A stretch of DNA of 64,000 bases from contig CAKZLB010000013.1 of assembly GCA_937124965.1 (NCBI GenBank), forward strand, positions 299,154 through 363,153, read 5' to 3'. Positions 59,121 through 64,000 of this stretch are shown piece by piece (position 1 is the stretch's first letter; every line of letters begins with the position of its first letter). The DNA comes from an uncultured Bacteroidota bacterium. Its GTDB lineage: Bacteria > Bacteroidota > Bacteroidia > NS11-12g > UBA9320. The notes beneath the pieces are model-generated. The model was not told where the DNA came from and did no database searches. It worked only from the letters and a program-made list of their open reading frames with translations. Position numbers and translations under genes: made by a program.

Positions 59121-59588
59121 ATGAATGGATCTAGTCTTCACATTGACAAACCTTGTCCGTATATACCAAAGAAAAAAGATGCATGTGGCATTGGTTTTCA
59201 TTGCAAATCATGTAACAAAATTGTAGTTGATTTTACTGACAAAACATTAGCCGAAATTGAACAAAGCATTACTCCAGACACCTGCGGAATTTTCTCCTTC
59301 GATCAAATTCCAAACCAGCCTAAAATGTCAATTGCAAGGCAAATACTGTTTTATGGTTTGATGTTCGTTTCCTTGATAGGGTTTAACGTTAAACCAATCG
59401 CTGCTCAAACAACCAAACAAGAGATTAAGGCTAAAAAGATAGAAGCTAAGGAAGCTAAGAAATCAGTTAAAAAACAACTCAAATCCGCAAAACAGGAAAA
59501 GAAAAGCAAAAAAAGAAAACGTACTTTATTTAGACGTCGCGGGCATATAAAAGGTAAAATGAGAACAATGGGATGTCCCGATTTTTAA
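59121..59588 (+). CDS. Hypothetical single-pass membrane protein with Cys-rich N-terminal module (paralog of the N-terminus of 3629..4516) and Lys-rich tail
   Basis: 'PCPYIPKKKDACGIGFHCKSCNKIVVDFTDKTLAEI…CG' aligns with 'PCSADWNKMKIGIQSRYCNSCEKSVVDFTEKTREEI…CG'. TM 'ILFYGLMFVSLIGF'. KKxxK repeats. Confidence 0.4.
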   Translation: MNGSSLHIDKPCPYIPKKKDACGIGFHCKSCNKIVVDFTDKTLAEIEQSITPDTCGIFSFDQIPNQPKMSIARQILFYGLMFVSLIGFNVKPIAAQTTKQEIKAKKIEAKEAKKSVKKQLKSAKQEKKSKKRKRTLFRRRGHIKGKMRTMGCPDF

Positions 59589-59624
59589 AAACCTACTGGA
59601 GTTTTAAACAATCATTTTTAATCA

Positions 59625-60305
59625 TTGTGGTATTGGATATTTTTGGCCATGCCCATTATTGAAAAAACGATTGAATTTGTAAAACAACGATTAAGCGGTG
59701 ATGCTTCTGGTCATGATTGGTGGCACATTCACAGGGTTTGGAGCAACGCAAAAACGATTGCAAGTCATTACCCACAGGCAGACATCTTGGTCATTGAACT
59801 TGCTGCTCTGCTCCACGACATCGCTGACTGGAAAGACCATAACGGAAACTTTGACATCGGGCCAAAGGTAGCCACTGAATGGCTTCAACAATTTGAAGGT
59901 ATTTCCCATGAACAAATCAACGAGATTGCATTTATCATTAAACATGTCAGTTTTAAAGGAGCTAATGCAGAAACAGTTGAATTGTCGCTTGAAGGACAAA
60001 TTGTTCAAGATGCTGATCGATTAGACGCAATCGGAGCAATAGGTATCGCTCGAACGTTTGCTTTTGGAGGAAGTCGTGGTAGTTTAATGTACGACCCAAA
60101 CATTCAACCCAAAACCGCTATGAATGAGAAAGCGTATGTTCATAAAAACAAGGGAAATACGACTATCAACCATTTTTATGAGAAACTATTACTCCTAAAA
60201 GATCGACTTAATACGGAGACTGGTAAACAAATGGCAAACCATCGTCATCAATACATGGAAGATTTTTTAAAACAGTTTTACGCCGAATGGAATGGTGAAA
60301 AATAA
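59625..60305 (+). CDS. HD-domain phosphohydrolase
   Basis: 'GHDWWHIHRV', 'LLHDIADWK', 'QDADRLDAIGAIGIAR'. Confidence 0.75.
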   Translation: MWYWIFLAMPIIEKTIEFVKQRLSGDASGHDWWHIHRVWSNAKTIASHYPQADILVIELAALLHDIADWKDHNGNFDIGPKVATEWLQQFEGISHEQINEIAFIIKHVSFKGANAETVELSLEGQIVQDADRLDAIGAIGIARTFAFGGSRGSLMYDPNIQPKTAMNEKAYVHKNKGNTTINHFYEKLLLLKDRLNTETGKQMANHRHQYMEDFLKQFYAEWNGEK

Positions 60306-60353
60306 CTGTCAACATAATTCTGGTCAACTTGTTACTATTAAAAGGTTAAGAAA

Positions 60354-61340
60354 ATGAAAACGCAATTTACCCTCCTGTCATTGATGCTCTTAACCATGTT
60401 TAGCTGCAATTTGAAAAGTAAAACTACAATGCAAGACAAAGAAACCAATCCATTGCTTTGCGATCCTGAAACGGGTGTTTGTGAAGTTCCTGAAGACTCG
60501 GCTAAAGGCCAATCGAACGCTGACCTTAGCTCTAAGCATCGTATAAAAGTTATTTACTACACTGACCCAATTTGTTCATCTTGTTGGGGAATTGAGCCAC
60601 AACTTCGAAAACTAAAGCTCGAATATGGTCGACATTTGGATATCGAATATCGTATGGGTGGATTACTTCCTGATTGGAGTTATAACAGCGGAGGGATCAG
60701 CAAACCAAGTGATGTTGCCCATCACTGGGATGAAGTAAGCGCCATATACGATATGCCAATTGATGGTGATGTTTGGCTTGAAGATCCATTACCTTCCTCC
60801 TACCCTCCTTCAATTGCTTTTAAAGCGGCGCAAATGCAAAACGAAAAAATCGCCATTGACTTTTTACGCCGAATTCGTGAAATGGTGTTTTTAGAAAAAA
60901 AGAATATTACCAAATGGGAACATCTTGAAACTGCGGCCAAAGAAACTGGATTGGACATTAAACAGTTGAAGTCTGATTATGAAAATGAAGCTATTCGATT
61001 ATTCAATGAAGATTTAGCTCTTGGAAAAGAACTTGGAGTGAGAGGTTTTCCATCAGTATTTTTTATCGACTCATCTAATAATCGTGAGTTGGTCTATGGT
61101 TCACGACCATATGAAGTCTATGAATTCGTTGTGCAAAAACTTTATCCAGAAGCAAAAAAACAGGAGTATGACCAAACCGCTGCCGGACTATTTCAAACAT
61201 TTAAAACATTGACGGCTAAGGAGTTCTCTATATTATCCAACACCAATCGAAACGTTTCGGGTGCTTTACTCGAGTCTGACGTAGCTTCTGGATTATTAAA
61301 ATCGACTGCTACAAAAAATGGAAATTTGTACTATCGATAA
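60354..61340 (+). CDS. DsbA-family thioredoxin-fold protein (FrnE/SpxH-like)
   Basis: Signal peptide or lipobox. 'YYTDPICSSCWGIEPQ' CxxC in a DSBA-like thioredoxin domain. 'GVRGFPSVFF'. Confidence 0.65.
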   Translation: MKTQFTLLSLMLLTMFSCNLKSKTTMQDKETNPLLCDPETGVCEVPEDSAKGQSNADLSSKHRIKVIYYTDPICSSCWGIEPQLRKLKLEYGRHLDIEYRMGGLLPDWSYNSGGISKPSDVAHHWDEVSAIYDMPIDGDVWLEDPLPSSYPPSIAFKAAQMQNEKIAIDFLRRIREMVFLEKKNITKWEHLETAAKETGLDIKQLKSDYENEAIRLFNEDLALGKELGVRGFPSVFFIDSSNNRELVYGSRPYEVYEFVVQKLYPEAKKQEYDQTAAGLFQTFKTLTAKEFSILSNTNRNVSGALLESDVASGLLKSTATKNGNLYYR

Positions 61341-61961
61341 ACACATAGAGCGAGCAGCCTTTTCTATATTTCTGACATTCTGTTAAATTCTTCTCCGCTA
61401 GACTAAACACAGGAAGAAAGTTAGGCTAGAATATTTTGGTCAAATCTAAAGTCTCAGTCGTGTTGCTTAGGGTCAATCACTCCTCATTACTCGGACACGA
61501 TGTGCCTTTACTGACTGAATTGTTAATGTTTCTGTCTAGCCATCGATCAATCGTCGAAGCCATTAAGTCTAGCAACGATGCGAAGCGCGGGCGGCCAAAA
61601 ATAATCGGCGATGTGCGCTGGAGGGTTTTGGTGGCCACTGTGTGGAGGAGGGATTGAGCGAACCAAAACGAAGGGCATTATTATTTTTATATTTTTCTTG
61701 TTTCGTTCTTTTTTCAAAAAAAGAATGAAAACCAGGTTATAGGGCTGGTAAGCCCTAATGGAAGGTTATAGGCTTCAATTAGATTAGTGCTTGGATCATT
61801 TGAGATACTGACTCCGAACTTGGTATGACTTTACTATGAAGCATTTTCTCTTAAATTTAATACTCAATATTTTAAACACGAATATCTATTCGTTTATCGG
61901 AATTGACTTGCACTAAAGAAATTTAATACGATATATTTGTGATATCATTTTAATATCACCT

Positions 61962-62822
61962 ATGGAAAAAACATTTAAACCACTATCAGGCTACATCATG
62001 TTGTTAGCAGTTGTTGCTTGCATTGTTACAATCGTCTTTGGGATCATGCATCGAAACCCGATTATTATCTTTCCGACGATTGTCGCATTTTTACTCATCA
62101 TTGTCGGATTTACAATAGTTAGTCCGAATGGTTCAAACGTAATGACATTATTTGGTGCATATAAAGGGACGATAAGAAGCAATGGGTATTATTGGGTTAA
62201 CCCATTTTATAAAAAACAAAAAATATCGTTGCGTGCAAGAAACTTAGATACTCCTCCAATCAAAGTAAACGATAGCTTGGGGAATCCAATTAAAATCGGT
62301 GCGGTTGTAGTATGGAAAGTTAAAGAAACATATAAAGCAGCCTTCGAAGTAGATGATTATCAAAGCTTTGTAAACATCCAAAGTGAGGCAGCCATACGAA
62401 AACTAGCTGGAGCATACCCATACGATGATTTAGAAGATGAGCATAAGGGTGAAACAAATCATTTGACCTTAAGAAGCGGCGGTGCTGAAATAGATGAAAA
62501 ATTAGAAGACGAACTAACACGACGATTGCGAATTGCAGGTATTGAAGTAATTGAAGCCCGAATAAGTTACTTGGCGTACTCTGAAGAAATTGCAAGTGCC
62601 ATGTTACAACGGCAACAAGCAACAGCAATAATTGCAGCACGTAAGAAAATCGTTGAAGGGGCTGTTGGAATGGTAGATGACGCATTAATTCAGCTTAATG
62701 ATTTAGGTATTGTAGACTTAGATCAAGATAAAAAGGCAGCTATGGTTAGTAATTTATTAGTTGTACTTTGTTCAGACAAAGCGGCGAGTCCAATCATCAA
62801 CGCAGGAACTCTTCATAATTAA
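61962..62822 (+). CDS. SPFH/band-7 domain membrane protein
   Basis: Two N-terminal TM helices, then an SPFH core ('…[56 protein letters not shown]'). Confidence 0.65.
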   Translation: MEKTFKPLSGYIMLLAVVACIVTIVFGIMHRNPIIIFPTIVAFLLIIVGFTIVSPNGSNVMTLFGAYKGTIRSNGYYWVNPFYKKQKISLRARNLDTPPIKVNDSLGNPIKIGAVVVWKVKETYKAAFEVDDYQSFVNIQSEAAIRKLAGAYPYDDLEDEHKGETNHLTLRSGGAEIDEKLEDELTRRLRIAGIEVIEARISYLAYSEEIASAMLQRQQATAIIAARKKIVEGAVGMVDDALIQLNDLGIVDLDQDKKAAMVSNLLVVLCSDKAASPIINAGTLHN

Positions 62823-62827
62823 AAGGT

Positions 62828-62980
62828 ATGGATAAGTATGTAATCATAGAAAAGAAGGTTTTCGAAAAAACGGCTGCTTTTGAAAAAAGAGTAAACGATC
62901 AATCACGAAAAGGATATAAAGCATTGAATATTTCAGTAAGTCAAAGTGGTGGTTATGCTGTGTTAATGGAAAAAGTATAA
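62828..62980 (+). CDS. Small ORF (50 aa), DUF4177-like; absent from ORF track (<60 aa)
   Basis: 'MDKYVIIEKKVFEKTAAFEKRVNDQSRKGYKALNISVSQSGGYAVLMEKV' fits the DUF4177 pattern (M.kY.v…G…l.sis….Y.vl.ek). Starts 6 nt after the SPFH stop. Confidence 0.45.
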   Translation: MDKYVIIEKKVFEKTAAFEKRVNDQSRKGYKALNISVSQSGGYAVLMEKV

Positions 62981-62987
62981 GAGTATA

Positions 62988-63164
62988 GTGGGGAAGAAAA
63001 AAGCATTCGCTTTACGTATAGATGAAAAAATGTTAGCCGCCGTTGAAAAATGGGCGGCTGACGAGTTTAGGAGCACCAATGGACAAATAGAGTTTCTATT
63101 GAGTGAAGCACTTAAGAAAGCTGGACGAAATCCAAAGAACAGTAATAACGGAACAAACACTTAA
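62988..63164 (+). CDS. Small ORF (58 aa, GTG start), Arc-family ribbon-helix-helix DNA-binding protein common in Bacteroidetes
   Basis: 'GKKKAFALRIDEKMLAAVEKWAADEFRSTNGQIEFLLSEALKKAGR' is a conserved family usually annotated Arc-like or HicB-like. Below the track threshold. Confidence 0.5.
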   Translation: MGKKKAFALRIDEKMLAAVEKWAADEFRSTNGQIEFLLSEALKKAGRNPKNSNNGTNT

Positions 63165-63273
63165 TCACTGACTCACGACATTTATAAGAAGAAATCGTTG
63201 GATTGTCAGTTTTTCTCTGTCTTTCTGGTTTTGATGCAGCTATTTGATACCTTTGGGTGTTTACCTAAAACCA

Positions 63274-64000
63274 ATGGCACTCAATATTTTTAATACCTTT
63301 CGTGCGTCGCTCACACTTATAGTGTTTGTTGCAATTTCAATGTCACCAGCAAAAGGTGACCATATAATTGGTTCTGATTTTTCATATTCATGTACTGCAA
63401 CGAACGATAGTATTTTCAACGTAGTTTATAACTTCTACCGTGATTGCAATGGATGTTATGTCTTAGGTCAATCACCAAAATGCGGAACTTCTGAGAATTG
63501 TGCATCGTCAAGTACAGCTCCCACTTCTCTTAAAGTAACGTGTTTGAAAGGAGGAAATTTTTCTACAACACTTAGCCTGAAACGTACATCAATTGTCGAT
63601 ATTACTAAAACATGTAAGGCCGTTAAAAGTCGATGTGCACAACCATGTAATGGGAAGTTTCCTTATGGAATTGAAAAGCACACATTTGAAGGGCAATTAG
63701 ATTTAACTCAAGCAATCAAAAACGGATGCTGTAACGTAGAGATTTCAGCACTGTTGTACGTTCGAAGTGCCTTAATAACAACTGGGCAACAACAGCAAAC
63801 ATTCTACACTTCATGTGAAATAAATGTATGTGATGCAAAATGTAATTCTTCCCCGACGTTAACAAATGACCCTGTCGCAATTTTATGCTGTAATCAACCA
63901 TATGTATTTAATAATGGTGCGGTTGATTTTGCGGATAATGATTCTATCTCATACAGTTTCGCACCTGCTTTTAGAGGTCAAAACCAGCAAACGTCCTATA
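63274..64000 (+). CDS. N-terminal part of a Cys-rich secreted protein (partial; continues beyond window end)
   Basis: Signal peptide 'MALNIFNTFRASLTLIVFVAISMSPA'. ~24 Cys in 240 aa, including CC pairs. No stop before the window end. Confidence 0.4.
   Translation, partial: MALNIFNTFRASLTLIVFVAISMSPAKGDHIIGSDFSYSCTATNDSIFNVVYNFYRDCNGCYVLGQSPKCGTSENCASSSTAPTSLKVTCLKGGNFSTTLSLKRTSIVDITKTCKAVKSRCAQPCNGKFPYGIEKHTFEGQLDLTQAIKNGCCNVEISALLYVRSALITTGQQQQTFYTSCEINVCDAKCNSSPTLTNDPVAILCCNQPYVFNNGAVDFADNDSISYSFAPAFRGQNQQTSY

Noticed and set aside
61590-61640. Possible cobalamin riboswitch (GCCACTG-like string)
   Set aside because: Only one short B12-box-like fragment. Other conserved elements (GGTG…AATCC, AGYCAGGAGACCTGCC) are absent. 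The downstream gene is SPFH, not a B12-related transporter.
61436-61657. 73-aa ORF in the long intergenic region
   Set aside because: Arg/Trp-rich product from a GC-rich frame. No homolog features. More likely non-coding.
1-64000. CRISPR arrays, rRNA and tRNA genes, IS elements, integrases
   Set aside because: No regularly spaced direct repeats. No rRNA-like or tRNA-like sequences. No transposase or integrase ORF recognised anywhere in the window.

Overview
AT-rich chromosomal segment that looks Bacteroidetes/Flavobacteriia-like. The evidence is gene content and gene order, the absence of Shine-Dalgarno sequences, T9SS-type C-terminal sorting signals and a UpxY-type NusG paralog. No rRNA, tRNA or CRISPR array was found.

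Core housekeeping content:
- A complete division/cell-wall (dcw) cluster, mraZ-rsmH-ftsL-ftsI-murE-mraY-murD-ftsW-murG-murC-ftsQ-ftsA-ftsZ, at 15.0-29.9 kb, translationally coupled throughout. A textbook MraZ operator (three GTGG[GT]A boxes at 10-bp phasing) sits just upstream.
- An iscS-iscU-iscA Fe-S cluster operon.
- A lysine-catabolism aldehyde dehydrogenase of the ALDH7 (antiquitin) type.
- bcp, and a convergent rbfA-lolE-pth operon.

The most interesting locus is a tightly coupled two-gene minus-strand operon at 34.5-41.3 kb. The upstream gene encodes a soluble HExxH (M48-like) metallopeptidase. The downstream gene encodes an 1826-aa protein with five recognisable parts: an N-terminal domain with a protein-kinase-like C-lobe signature, DUF4011, a Upf1-like SF1 helicase core, a Vsr/DUF559-like endonuclease fold, and a C-terminal WGR domain. 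It lies in an accessory patch with a YefM-YoeB toxin-antitoxin module and a DUF1566 lipoprotein. The patch is bracketed by members of a degenerate, GC-richer intergenic repeat family, at ~34.45, ~44.45, ~50.1, ~52.35 and possibly ~61.5 kb. I flag the operon as a candidate undescribed helicase-nuclease defence-type system.

Other notable items:
- A gene pair encoding a HipA-like kinase domain and a DUF3037 protein.
- A shared Cys-rich N-terminal module on two single-pass membrane proteins.
- An orphan UpxY antiterminator.
- A MITE-like inverted-repeat pair.
- Two conserved small ORFs below the 60-aa ORF-track threshold (DUF4177-like and Arc-like).
- A long, GC-richer, possibly structured intergenic region at 61.4-61.9 kb.
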